58,089 nucleotides of DNA from Candidatus Pacearchaeota archaeon (lineage in GTDB: Archaea > Nanobdellota > Nanobdellia > Pacearchaeales > UBA284): assembly GCA_038894195.1 (NCBI GenBank), contig JAWAPZ010000004.1:1-58089 (forward strand). The letters are read 5' to 3'. How positions within the stretch are numbered: the stretch's first letter is position 1; each line of letters opens with the position of its first letter. A model generated the notes under the pieces. It saw nothing but the letters and a program-made list of their open reading frames with translations, was not told the DNA's origin and did not search any database. Shown here one piece after another: positions 1-9,926 of the stretch. A program made the translations under genes and the position numbers.

Positions 1-130
1 AAAGAAGTTGCGAGCATCTAATGATATTATTAAAAAATGTTTTTGGATTAGATTCATCGTCAAGCTTATCAATGATACTTTTTGCTTCGTCCAGCCCATC
101 CCAAAGGAATTCCTCTAGATTGTACGTCAT
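1..130 (-). CDS. hypothetical protein, partial (runs off window start)
   Basis: ATG at 130-128, open frame MTYNLEEFLWDGLDEAKSIIDK... to the window edge. Confidence 0.6.
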   Translation of the reverse strand, partial: MTYNLEEFLWDGLDEAKSIIDKLDDESNPKTFFNNIIRCSQLL

Positions 131-258
131 TACCTACAGATGTTAAATTTTATTTTTAAAGATTGTTATACTTAAAAATATATTTATAAATATTGCTAGA
201 GAAATTTTTATAAAGCTTTCTTCTGTCAGTTAGACAGATAAAAAGAGAAAAAATAAAA

Positions 259-1314
259 ATGCTGACCAGGCAACAAGAAGATAAGATAAAAGAACTCCTT
301 GAAAGTTCTTTGAATCCTGTTTTTTTCTTTGATAATGATGTGGATGGTTTGGCAAGTTTTTTGTTGTTGAGAAGGGCGTGTGGAAAAGGGAAAGGGATTG
401 CAATTAAAAGTTTTCCTGAATTAAGTCAAGCTTATTCAAGGAAATTATATGAATTCCGGCCAGATATGGTATTTGTTCTTGATAAACCACTTATTGATCC
501 TAAATTCATAGAAACCATAGAACAACTTTCTTGTCATTTAGTTTGGATAGACCATCATCCACCAACGCAGCTTGAAAAATTTAAAGAAAAGATAGATAAA
601 AACATTTTTTATTTTAATCCTTTGCTAAATGGTCCAAACAACGAGCCAGTAGCGTATTTATGTTATAATGTCACAAAAAATAAGGAAGATGAATGGATCG
701 CATTGCTTGGATCTTTAGCAGATTGGTTTATCCCCCCCTTTGCTCGCGAGTTTTCAGAAAAAAATAAAGAGTTTTTTGAGTACACAGAAGATGCTGGAAA
801 AGCATTCTTCACGACAGAAGCTGGAAAATTAGTAAGGATCCTAAGTTTCGCGTTGAAAGATAGAACAACGAATATAGTTAGGATGATAAATACTTTAATA
901 GGTATTAAAAACTACAAGGAGTTACTTGAAGAAAATCAGAAGACTAAGAATATTTATAGAAGATTTAGGCAAATAAACAAAAGATACCAAAAAATACTTG
1001 AAAAAGCAAAAAAGATAATTGGACAAGGAAAACTAATTTTCTTTAGATATGGTGGCTCACTTTCAGTGTCATCAGAAATCGCAAATGAACTTTTTTATCT
1101 TTATCAAGATAAGGTAGTTGTAGTTGTTTATACGAAAGGAGCAAAAGCGAATGTTTCTGCAAGAGGCTTGATAAATGTTAGGGACCTTATACAAAAAGCC
1201 TTGCAAGATATAGAATCTACAAGCGGCGGTCACAAAAATGCTTGTGGCGCAACTTTAAATGTTGATGATCTAAACAAGTTTCGCAAAAATTTATTGAGAT
1301 TGCTAGAAAAATGA
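259..1314 (+). CDS. DHH/DHHA1 family phosphoesterase (RecJ/NrnA-like)
   Basis: DNDVDG, WIDHH and C-terminal SGGHKNACG motifs. Confidence 0.9.
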   Translation: MLTRQQEDKIKELLESSLNPVFFFDNDVDGLASFLLLRRACGKGKGIAIKSFPELSQAYSRKLYEFRPDMVFVLDKPLIDPKFIETIEQLSCHLVWIDHHPPTQLEKFKEKIDKNIFYFNPLLNGPNNEPVAYLCYNVTKNKEDEWIALLGSLADWFIPPFAREFSEKNKEFFEYTEDAGKAFFTTEAGKLVRILSFALKDRTTNIVRMINTLIGIKNYKELLEENQKTKNIYRRFRQINKRYQKILEKAKKIIGQGKLIFFRYGGSLSVSSEIANELFYLYQDKVVVVVYTKGAKANVSARGLINVRDLIQKALQDIESTSGGHKNACGATLNVDDLNKFRKNLLRLLEK

Positions 1315-2222
1315 AACTCACTCCAGTGAAGCACGTCAAAATAACAAAGAACCTTAAAGTCTCTGAACTTGTGAAACAAATGAAAGGAACAGCTCATAAC
1401 GCTCGCGCTCTTGCAGAAGCAGTAGAAATCCTTTTTCAAGCAAAGAAAGAAAACTGCAAATTGTTTGTTGGAATGGCTGGTGCCTTAGTTCCAGGAGGTA
1501 TGAAACAAATTATAATCGACATGTTAGATAAAAGAATAATCGATGTTTTTGTTACAACGGGGGCCAATTTAACCCATGATTTAATCGAAGCTTTAGGATT
1601 TAAACACTATCAAGGAAATGAACAAGATGATGTTGAACTACATAAAAAAGAATTAGACAGAATTTATAATGTTTTTATGCCTAACAAAGTTTATATTGCT
1701 TTAGAAAAATGGTTCACAAAAAACTTTGATAAGCTGAATGCAGAAACAAATTTGGAATTTTTATGGAATATTGGAAAATTACTTAAAAAAAATTCAATCC
1801 TTGCATCTTGTTATAAAAATAAAATCCCTGTTTTCTGTCCAGCTTTAAGTGATTCCGGAATTGGGTTAATGATATGGAATATTATTTTAAAAAAGAAAAA
1901 ACCTTTAATGAACGAATACCAAGACCTAAACAAAATGTTGGAATTAGCATGGTACAAAAAGAAAGCTGTCTTCTATGTTGGTGGAGGCACACCAAAAAAT
2001 TACATTCAACAGGCAATGCAATTTTCTAAGCCAGCCCTGTATGGAGTGCAAATAACAACGGATGAGCCAAGTTTTGGAGGTTCTTCCGGGGCAAGCCTGA
2101 AAGAAGGGATCTCCTGGGGAAAAATGTCAGAAAAAGGTAAATTTGTTGATATAAGATGTGATGCTACTATAGCTTTGCCTTTAACTTATGCTGCTTTAAT
2201 TGATAGACTAGAGAAACTTTAA
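1311..2222 (+). CDS. dys: deoxyhypusine synthase
   Basis: TTGANLTHD, PALSDSGIG, GGGTPKN, GGSSGASLKEGISWGK (active-site Lys). Confidence 0.93.
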   Translation: MKLTPVKHVKITKNLKVSELVKQMKGTAHNARALAEAVEILFQAKKENCKLFVGMAGALVPGGMKQIIIDMLDKRIIDVFVTTGANLTHDLIEALGFKHYQGNEQDDVELHKKELDRIYNVFMPNKVYIALEKWFTKNFDKLNAETNLEFLWNIGKLLKKNSILASCYKNKIPVFCPALSDSGIGLMIWNIILKKKKPLMNEYQDLNKMLELAWYKKKAVFYVGGGTPKNYIQQAMQFSKPALYGVQITTDEPSFGGSSGASLKEGISWGKMSEKGKFVDIRCDATIALPLTYAALIDRLEKL

Positions 2223-2226
2223 AAGA

Positions 2227-2485
2227 ATGTTTCTTTAGAAAATTGGCTTAAAAATTAAAAGTATTGCCAGAAAAGGAAGCAGATAATTTTGATTCTGAAG
2301 GTTTTGTTGCTGGTTTGGATTTTATCAAAAATCAAGCTATGACAAAAGCATATGAATCAATACATAAACCTACAGAAAATATTTTTTTATCCACTTGGAA
2401 CATGCCTCGAATTAAAAAAAGCGGGCCGCAATGAGCCGTATCCTATATTTCTGGTAAAAAATATAAGAAGTGCTGTTGCAATTAA
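2227..2485 (+). pseudogene. decayed SEC-C motif protein remnant
   Basis: GRNEPYP (2424-2444) then, after a 1-nt frameshift, SGKKYKKCC (2450-2476); 5' boundary uncertain. Confidence 0.6.
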
Positions 2486-2526
2486 ATTACAATAAACCTT
2501 TTAAATTCCTTATTTTAAGATAAATA

Positions 2527-4386
2527 ATGAAAAAACTGGTGTTGATTTTAACTGTGGTTTTATGTTTAACATTATGCGATGCTGACATCGACAAAACAAC
2601 CACGTTTGAGGTTAATATCTCAAACACGGTTTCAAGCACATCTGGTTTTTCAGCCGAGTTGTTTATTTTTCCAAGAAACACAGAAACACAACAAACAACT
2701 CTAGTCACAGAACCTGGAGCACAAATCCAAGATAACAAAATTCTTTTTTCTTTTGAAGAAGGTACACAGACCTTAAACGTCTTCTCAAATGTTGTTGTAA
2801 ACTTTAATCTACCCAAAATAAAAGAGCATATAGATATAAACAAAGTGATAGAAACAAACCCCCACCCCGAGTATCTAGGAGCAACGGAACATATAGATTC
2901 GGACAATCTTCTTATAAAAAACAAAGCTAAGCAATTAAAAGAAAACGCTAAGAGTAATAACACCCTAAAAATTTTATATGAACTTGCTGAATATGTACGT
3001 AAGAGCATATATTATAGCCCATCCTACTCACAACCACAGAAAGCTTCCTGGATTCTAGAAAACAAAATAGGTGTATGCAGTCACTATACAGCTTTATTCA
3101 TTGCCTTTTCTAGAGCTCTCGGAATTCCAGCCCGTTATATCTCTGGGATAGCCTACTCTAGTGATGAACAGAAATTTAGCGAACATGCTTGGGCTGAAGT
3201 CTATCTTGAAAATTACGGTTGGATTCCTTATGATGTAACATTTGGTCAGTATGGTTGGCTTGACTCGTCACACACGTTATTGAAATACGGTAAAGATTCT
3301 GCAGAATCTTCTATAGAATACAAATATAGAGGTATTTTAAATTCAGAAAAAATAAATATAAATGCTAAAATTACAGAAAAATATGGAAAAATCGAAATTC
3401 CATTCCAGATAAGTTTGAACCCTTACAAAAAACAAGTTGCTTTTGATTCTTATGTCCCGCTCGAAGTTCAAATAGAAAATAAAAACGATTTTTATTTTAA
3501 TTTGCCGATCTATTTAGTTACAGCTCCAGGAGTTTATGGAGAAACAACCCAAGTTGCGTTTCTAGAACCAGGACAAAAACAAAAAATTTTCTTCATTTTA
3601 AGAATTCCGGAAAGTACTAGATTAAATGAATGTAAATATGGGTGCGTAGCTACTATAAGCGTAAAAGACTTTTTCAAGAATACAGCCACAGCAACAATAG
3701 AAATTTCAAAACATCATCAACAAATAACCCTTGAACAAGCACAAGACATAATAAACACAAATTTACAGAAAACCAAATTCGATTTTTTCTGCAGTCCAGA
3801 TAAAGATATTTATTATGAAAATGAATCTGTTCAAGTAAGATGTCTTGTAAACAGTCAAAAAAAAGAGAGTTTTGATATTTGCCTAGATGGGAATTGTAAG
3901 AAGGTGATACAAGAAAACAGTTCTATTGTTTATTTTGACGTTCCAGTTAAAGGAATAATTTGTGCAAGAATTACACAAAATCAAGAATTGGTACAAACAA
4001 CTTGTTTAAACATAAATGTAACAACTCAACCAAAAATTGAGATAGAAAATGTAAAGAGTAGTTATACAAAATACGGCGAGCCTCTTAAAATTTATATTAA
4101 TTTTTCAAGTAATAATTTCTTGCAAGGAAAAATAATGCTGAGAAACAAAAAAAATGAAAAAATCTTCGAGCATGATATAAACATTTCACAAGGAAAAAAT
4201 TCTATCTTTCTTGAGCTTAGCAGTTTAAAACTTAAACTAGGAACAAATGTTCTAGATGTTGTAATTCTATACCATGATGAAAGAATAAATTTCAGCGGAG
4301 AATCCAAAAAAACTTTTTCTTTGTATATTGAAGATGTCAACATTTTGAAAAAAATCTGGCTGATGTTTAAAAAACTTTTTATTTAA
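2527..4386 (+). CDS. secreted transglutaminase-like (Cys-His-Asp) domain protein
   Basis: Signal peptide; GVCSHY, GIPAR, HAWAEVY, GWIPYDVT. Confidence 0.88.
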   Translation: MKKLVLILTVVLCLTLCDADIDKTTTFEVNISNTVSSTSGFSAELFIFPRNTETQQTTLVTEPGAQIQDNKILFSFEEGTQTLNVFSNVVVNFNLPKIKEHIDINKVIETNPHPEYLGATEHIDSDNLLIKNKAKQLKENAKSNNTLKILYELAEYVRKSIYYSPSYSQPQKASWILENKIGVCSHYTALFIAFSRALGIPARYISGIAYSSDEQKFSEHAWAEVYLENYGWIPYDVTFGQYGWLDSSHTLLKYGKDSAESSIEYKYRGILNSEKININAKITEKYGKIEIPFQISLNPYKKQVAFDSYVPLEVQIENKNDFYFNLPIYLVTAPGVYGETTQVAFLEPGQKQKIFFILRIPESTRLNECKYGCVATISVKDFFKNTATATIEISKHHQQITLEQAQDIINTNLQKTKFDFFCSPDKDIYYENESVQVRCLVNSQKKESFDICLDGNCKKVIQENSSIVYFDVPVKGIICARITQNQELVQTTCLNINVTTQPKIEIENVKSSYTKYGEPLKIYINFSSNNFLQGKIMLRNKKNEKIFEHDINISQGKNSIFLELSSLKLKLGTNVLDVVILYHDERINFSGESKKTFSLYIEDVNILKKIWLMFKKLFI

Positions 4387-4430
4387 TTTATTTTATAAAA
4401 CTTTTTAAATAAGCTTTTTTTAGTATAAAC

Positions 4431-4841
4431 ATGGATGATTATGAAAAGCTTCTTAATGAAGCCTACTCGAAAATTAAGAAAGTTGAATCAGCCGAAAGAT
4501 TCGAGGTGCCTAAAGTTGAATCCATGATAGAAGGCACAAAAACTCTTGTCTTTAATTTTTTAAATATTTGCTCTGTCCTAAGAAGGGATTGTCAACACCT
4601 ATCTAAGTTTTTATCTAAAGAATTAGCCACACAAATAATTGTCGAAAAAGAAAGGACCATTTTCAATAGAAAACTTAACGCACAACAAATAAATGAAAAA
4701 ATCCAAGAGTATGTTAAAGAATTTGTAATATGCCACGAATGCAAAAAACCAGATACGGAGCTTATAAAAGAAAAAGGATTCTTGTTTTTGCACTGTCTTG
4801 CTTGTGGCGCAAAACATTCTGTGAGAGCAAAAATTGTGTGA
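4431..4841 (+). CDS. eif2b: translation initiation factor aIF2 beta
   Basis: ERFEVP, KELAT, CHECKKPDT...CLACGA zinc ribbon. Confidence 0.95.
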   Translation: MDDYEKLLNEAYSKIKKVESAERFEVPKVESMIEGTKTLVFNFLNICSVLRRDCQHLSKFLSKELATQIIVEKERTIFNRKLNAQQINEKIQEYVKEFVICHECKKPDTELIKEKGFLFLHCLACGAKHSVRAKIV

Positions 4842-4847
4842 AATAAG

Positions 4848-5354
4848 ATGAAATTCAAACTAAGAAGATTCAAAAGAAGAGACCAAGAATCTTTAAGAAG
4901 GAACATAAATGACAAAAAGATAGCAAGGAATACATTAACAATTCCACATCCTTACAAGAAAAAGGATGCTAGATATTGGATTAATCATAACCTAAGGTTG
5001 TACAAATTTAAAAAGCCAAAAGAAATAAATTGGGTAATAGATATTAATGGAGAAGTCGCTGGTTCTGTTGGTTTGGCTAAAATAGACCGAATAAACAAAA
5101 ACGCTGAAATAGGATTTTGGCTAGCAAAGAAATATTGGAATCAGGGAATAATGACAAGGGCAGTTAGACAGATAATTAAATTTGGATTTAAAAAACTTAA
5201 ACTTAAAAGGATTTATGCTTATGTCTTTGTTTTCAACAAAGCTTCACAAAAAGTGTTAGAAAAAACAGGTTTTAAATTAGAAGGAAAATTACAAAAACAT
5301 GTTCTAAAAAATGGAAGATACTATGATGATTTAGTTTATTCCAAAATACATTAA
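4848..5354 (+). CDS. GNAT N-acetyltransferase, RimJ/RimL family
   Basis: AEIGFWL...YWNQGIMT, NKASQKVLEKTGFKLEG. Confidence 0.9.
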   Translation: MKFKLRRFKRRDQESLRRNINDKKIARNTLTIPHPYKKKDARYWINHNLRLYKFKKPKEINWVIDINGEVAGSVGLAKIDRINKNAEIGFWLAKKYWNQGIMTRAVRQIIKFGFKKLKLKRIYAYVFVFNKASQKVLEKTGFKLEGKLQKHVLKNGRYYDDLVYSKIH

Positions 5355-5355
5355 A

Positions 5356-5658
5356 ATGCCAGTCCTGGTAAAAATTCATGATCTTTATAGAAAGATAGTT
5401 GCAGTTTGTGATACAGAACTTCTCGGAAAAAAATTCGAAGAAGAAAACTTACAACTTGATGTGAATGAAAAATTCTATGGCGGCAAGGAATTCAAAGATG
5501 ATCAAGTTATCAAACTTTTAAAAGATGCTCAAACCGACGATGCTTGCTTTAACTTTGTTGGTGAGAATTCTATTGCACTGGGAGTAAAAGCAGGAATAAT
5601 AGATAAGAATTGTGTTATTAAAATTCAGAACATACCTCATGCAATGGCCCTGCTTTAA
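5356..5658 (+). CDS. DUF424 family protein
   Basis: VAVCDTELLGK, FYGG, NFVGE, IPHA. Confidence 0.85.
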   Translation: MPVLVKIHDLYRKIVAVCDTELLGKKFEEENLQLDVNEKFYGGKEFKDDQVIKLLKDAQTDDACFNFVGENSIALGVKAGIIDKNCVIKIQNIPHAMALL

Positions 5659-5703
5659 ACAGAAAAAGCTTTTTATACTCTCTTTCTATATTTCTAGCAT
5701 AAA

Positions 5704-6099
5704 ATGCCATTTAAACTCGACATCGCAGATAAAGGTAGAACGTTTCATGTAGAGACAAGTAGCGAAGCATTCGTAAGAAAGAAACTTGGAGAAACAATTA
5801 AAGGAGAAGTAATTAAAGAAGTAAAAGATTTAAAAGATTACGAATTTGTAATAACCGGGGCAAGTGACAATGCCGGATTTCCTTGTTTGCCGAATATCGA
5901 AGGTTCTGGAAGAAAGAAAGTTCTTCTTACACGTGGCAAAGGAATGCGAATTAAAAAGCCAAAAGGTTTAAGATTAAGACGCACTGTTCACGGTAATGTT
6001 ATAGATGAAACAATTGTTCAAATAAACCTAAAAGTAATAAAACAAGGTTCTAAGCCTCTGAATGAAATTTTTAAAAAAGAAGAAGTTACAAAAGAGTAA
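5704..6099 (+). CDS. rps6e: 30S ribosomal protein S6e
   Basis: ITGASDNAGFP, GLRLRRTVHGN, QINLKV. Confidence 0.95.
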   Translation: MPFKLDIADKGRTFHVETSSEAFVRKKLGETIKGEVIKEVKDLKDYEFVITGASDNAGFPCLPNIEGSGRKKVLLTRGKGMRIKKPKGLRLRRTVHGNVIDETIVQINLKVIKQGSKPLNEIFKKEEVTKE

Positions 6100-6112
6100 A
6101 TCAAATAGCAAT

Positions 6113-6472
6113 TCAGGGTTCGCCAATTTCCTTTTTCAACACAGAATAGTAATCTTTATCGTAAGATGGGATCCCTAATTTTCTTGCTTCTTCAACGTAA
6201 GATAGATTTCCAGAAACAAGAACAAATCTTGCATTGACGTTATTTTCTTTAAGCTTATCTAAAATGTTTTTCCAGTCACCATCAAGGCCATCAACAAAAA
6301 GAAGTTCTATATTTTTTGTTTGTATGTCTTGAACAATTTTTTCAATGTTGGTCTTTGGATCCAAGTAGTAAACATCTGTAAGATCGATGTTTTTATAAAA
6401 TGTACCTATATAATTTTTTAGCGAATTTATTGTATTGAGGTCATCCTCAACCAGCATTACATTTTTTTTCAT
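6113..6472 (-). CDS. stand-alone response regulator receiver (REC) domain protein
   Basis: VMLVEDD, LFVDG (phospho-acceptor Asp), VLVSG, late Lys (YDK). Confidence 0.7.
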   Translation of the reverse strand: MKKNVMLVEDDLNTINSLKNYIGTFYKNIDLTDVYYLDPKTNIEKIVQDIQTKNIELLFVDGLDGDWKNILDKLKENNVNARFVLVSGNLSYVEEARKLGIPSYDKDYYSVLKKEIGEP

Positions 6473-6567
6473 AAAATGATTAAGAATTTTTCATTTTTAA
6501 ATCTTTCCTTTCTAGATAGTAGTAACAAAAACGAAAAGTTTATAAATACTGGTTTGTTCTTAAAAAT

Positions 6568-7026
6568 ATGAAAACTGAAAAAGAAAACTGGGAAAAAGAA
6601 CGAAGCATTATTTATTTTAAAGAACCTGTAAATGCTTTGATAACGCTCCTTCTTGAAATTGATAAAGGGTTGCGTCGAGGAGAGAATTACGTAACACTAA
6701 GAAGAAAAATAATCAACAATCCAGAATATAGGGATGTAATTAAAACTATCAAAGAGTTAGAAGAAACTTTTGAAAAAGCCAACAATTACTTATCAGGCAA
6801 TAAATATAGCGGTGGAGAAGAAAGTTATAATTTAATCGATATTTTAATAGAAGAAAGTAATAGTCAAGTGCCAGAAAAAAAGAAATTTATTAAAGATTCA
6901 TATTTGGCAATCTGTACTTTGATTGACGAAACTGCTCCAACTGAAAATTATACTAAACATATGGAAACTATAAACGAACTTGGTAAAATGGTTGCTAGTG
7001 CAGAGAGGAATCTGGCAGTATCCTAA
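6568..7026 (+). CDS. hypothetical protein
   Basis: 152-aa ORF preceded by BRE/TATA-like GAAAAGTTTATAAAT. Confidence 0.7.
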   Translation: MKTEKENWEKERSIIYFKEPVNALITLLLEIDKGLRRGENYVTLRRKIINNPEYRDVIKTIKELEETFEKANNYLSGNKYSGGEESYNLIDILIEESNSQVPEKKKFIKDSYLAICTLIDETAPTENYTKHMETINELGKMVASAERNLAVS

Positions 7027-7338
7027 ATAACTAAAAAGACTACGAAACCGCAAAACCTGGAACAAAAAGTTACCTAAGTATATAAAACAAAAAACTAAAA
7101 TCTTAAACTTTTTCTTATTCAAAGCAAGGACTTTAAATATTTTTCTTAAGGCATAATCATCATTATATAAAAACAGCTATGGACTTTTTTGGTTTGATTA
7201 AAAATAATCTGTTAAACTTTAAAAACAGATCTTACTAAATTGGGGTATCTCCTAAAAGAGTAAAAAGTATAAAAAGATGCTCCACAATTAAGAATGGGTT
7301 TAAGAAATATTTAAAAGTAACTTGTTTTTTATCTTCTT

Positions 7339-8559
7339 ATGACAAATCTAAAACAACCAGAACTTAATATAGGGTTAGTCGGCCATATAGATCATGGAAA
7401 GACAACCTTGTTGTATCACCTTACAGGTATCTGGGCAGACAAGCATTCTGAAGAGCTTAAAAGGGGAATAACAATTAAGCTCGGATATGCTGATGCTCTT
7501 ATAAATAAATGTCGAAAGTGTAATTTCTACACAATCAAAAAAGAATGTCCGAAGTGTAACTCAAAAACAGAACCGGCACGTTATGTAAGTTTTGTTGATG
7601 CTCCAGGACATGAGATGTTAATGGCTACAATGCTCGGTGGAGCTGCAATAATCGACGCCGCACTGCTTGTTATTGCTGCTAATGAAGAATTCCCCCAACC
7701 ACAAACAAAAGAACATCTTCTAGCTTTGGAAGCCAAAAATGTCAAACAAATAATAATTGTGCAGAACAAAATTGATCTTGTAACAAAAGAGCAAGCTCTT
7801 GAGCAATACAAACAAATTAAAGATTTTACAAAGAGAACAATAGCACAAGATGCAAAGATTGTACCCGTATGTGCACAGCAAGGGGTTAATATAGACAAGT
7901 TACTCGAAGAAATTACGCGATTAGAAATCCCTTCTCGAGACATTAGAGCTGAACCTTTGTTTCTGATAGCAAGAAGTTTCGATGTCAACCTCCCAGGAAC
8001 TGTTCCTGAAAAATTAAAAGGGGGTGTTATTGGAGGAACTTTAAAACAAGGAAAACTCAAACAAGGCGATTTAATTGAAATTAAACCAGGTATGAGTATA
8101 AAACAACACGATAAAATTGTATACAAAACAATAAAAACAAAAATTCTCAGTCTAAGAGCTGGAAATAATGATATTCAAGAAGCACTTCCTTCAGGTTCAC
8201 TTGCAATTCAAACTTCTTTAGACCCTTTCATGACAAAAGCTGATGCGTTATCTGGTTGTGTTGCTGCAAGAGAGGGGGCCCTACCAGAAATAACTTATAA
8301 TGTGAAAATAAAATTTAAACTTTTCAAAGAAATTGTAGGTACAAAAGAAAAAATCCAGATTGAACAAATAAAAACAAAAGAATTTCTAATGCTAAGTGTT
8401 AATACAGCAACAACTATAGGTGTTGTTGAAAAACTTGTACAAGATACTGTAGAACTTGTATTGAAAATTCCAATTGTACCTTTCAAAAATGCAAGAGTCG
8501 GTTTAGCAAGAAACTACAAAGGTCATTGGCGTCTTATTGGTTATGGGGAAATTATTTAG
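7339..8559 (+). CDS. eif2g: translation initiation factor aIF2 gamma
   Basis: GHIDHGKTT, RGITIKLGYA, DAPGHE, QNKID, WRLIGYG. Confidence 0.97.
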   Translation: MTNLKQPELNIGLVGHIDHGKTTLLYHLTGIWADKHSEELKRGITIKLGYADALINKCRKCNFYTIKKECPKCNSKTEPARYVSFVDAPGHEMLMATMLGGAAIIDAALLVIAANEEFPQPQTKEHLLALEAKNVKQIIIVQNKIDLVTKEQALEQYKQIKDFTKRTIAQDAKIVPVCAQQGVNIDKLLEEITRLEIPSRDIRAEPLFLIARSFDVNLPGTVPEKLKGGVIGGTLKQGKLKQGDLIEIKPGMSIKQHDKIVYKTIKTKILSLRAGNNDIQEALPSGSLAIQTSLDPFMTKADALSGCVAAREGALPEITYNVKIKFKLFKEIVGTKEKIQIEQIKTKEFLMLSVNTATTIGVVEKLVQDTVELVLKIPIVPFKNARVGLARNYKGHWRLIGYGEII

Positions 8560-8607
8560 ATTTATAAATTCAATGTCCCTATTTGTTTCCAATCTTTTTG
8601 TCTTTAC

Positions 8608-9378
8608 TCAACTCTTTAATTTTCCCCTTATAATCAAAAGCAACGTAATGGAAAATACAATAAAAGCAAGCGAGAACCATTGACTTATTGCTAATCCTAA
8701 AAAGAGTTCTGAGATTTCGTATTCGCGTAAAAAATCAATTAAAAACCTTGCAATGCTGTAATACAGTAAGAAAAATAAAAAGAGTGCACCATCAAAATTT
8801 AGAATGCCTTTACTGCCCCACTCCTTTTTTTTCTGCAATCTCAAAATAATAAAAAAAACAACAAGATTGGTTAAAAGGAGATAAAGTTGTGTTGGATGTC
8901 TCGCAACTCCCTGAACCTGAACAGCCCATGGCGCAGTAGTTGGAATTCCATAACAACACCAATTCAAAAAGCAACCAATCCGTCCAATCGCAAGAGCAAG
9001 AACAACATAGGGTGCAAAAAAATCAAGAATCGCTCCAAAATTTAGTTTGTGTTTTTTAACATAAAGCCATACAAAAAGCAGGGCAAGAAAACCGCCAAAA
9101 CTCGAGCTTCCACCCTCACTAAAAGCAAGAATTCTTAAAGGCTTTTCGAGATAGTAAGAAAAATTAATAAAAACATACAAAAGTCTTGCTCCTACAATTG
9201 CCCCAACAAGAATCAAGATAACTATATTGAAAAAATGCTTTTCTTCAAGTTTATTTCTTGAAGCACGCCACGCAAGCAAGAAGCTTAAAAGAAATGCGAC
9301 CACGAACATTAGACCCCAAACATAAATCTCTATTCCAGCAATACTAAAAAGCACATGAACAGGTTCAAATTGAATCAT
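8608..9378 (-). CDS. lgt: prolipoprotein diacylglyceryl transferase (Lgt) homolog
   Basis: Multi-TM; GARLLYV, GRIGCFLNWCCYG, HPTQLY, YSIARFLIDFLR. Confidence 0.88.
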   Translation of the reverse strand: MIQFEPVHVLFSIAGIEIYVWGLMFVVAFLLSFLLAWRASRNKLEEKHFFNIVILILVGAIVGARLLYVFINFSYYLEKPLRILAFSEGGSSSFGGFLALLFVWLYVKKHKLNFGAILDFFAPYVVLALAIGRIGCFLNWCCYGIPTTAPWAVQVQGVARHPTQLYLLLTNLVVFFIILRLQKKKEWGSKGILNFDGALFLFFLLYYSIARFLIDFLREYEISELFLGLAISQWFSLAFIVFSITLLLIIRGKLKS

Positions 9379-9487
9379 TTTTAAACCATGTTAAAAGAGT
9401 TTAAATAAATTTCGAAATCAAAAACTAAACATTTTTAAATTATGCTTTCCTTGTAAAAACAATAAAAAAAGTAAAAAGGAGGTGTAA

Positions 9488-9820
9488 ATGGAATCCAAAG
9501 TTGGTTTTATCCTTGGATTGATTGGGGGTATCTTAGGAATAATAGGTGGTATAATCCTTACAGTCGTTGCAGGAACTGTAGGTGGAGCTTTAAGCATAAT
9601 TGCCCCCTTTGCAGGCGTTCTAGGTGGTGCAGGTATTGCAATGGGCATCTGGTACATTATCTCTGGCGCTCTAGTAATATGGTTTAGCAGTTGGATGAAA
9701 AAGGCAGATAAATGCAAAACTGGCGGTATCCTAACCCTGATTTTTTCCATAGTCGGATCTGGTGGTCTTCTTGGGATAATAGGGGGTATATTCGGGATTG
9801 TTCAAGGTGCAAAAAAATAA
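9488..9820 (+). CDS. small Gly-rich membrane protein
   Basis: Hydrophobic GxxxG helices; SD AGGAGGTG at 9477-9484; T-tract downstream. Confidence 0.8.
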   Translation: MESKVGFILGLIGGILGIIGGIILTVVAGTVGGALSIIAPFAGVLGGAGIAMGIWYIISGALVIWFSSWMKKADKCKTGGILTLIFSIVGSGGLLGIIGGIFGIVQGAKK

Positions 9821-9926
9821 ATTTTTTCTTTTTATTTAAATTAAATTGTCTTTGAAAAAACTCTAAGTCAGTTTCTGATGACCTGAATAAGAGTATATTT
9901 TTAAACCTAAAAATCTTAGCCATAGC

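Noticed and set aside
2527-2590. Lipobox (LTLC) in the transglutaminase as an Lgt substrate
   Set aside because: Poor match to L-[AS]-[GA]-C; a normal SPase I site after CDA fits as well.
9865-9890. CTGATGACCTGA as a C/D box RNA or fluoride riboswitch
   Set aside because: The boxes are too close together and the supporting stems are missing.
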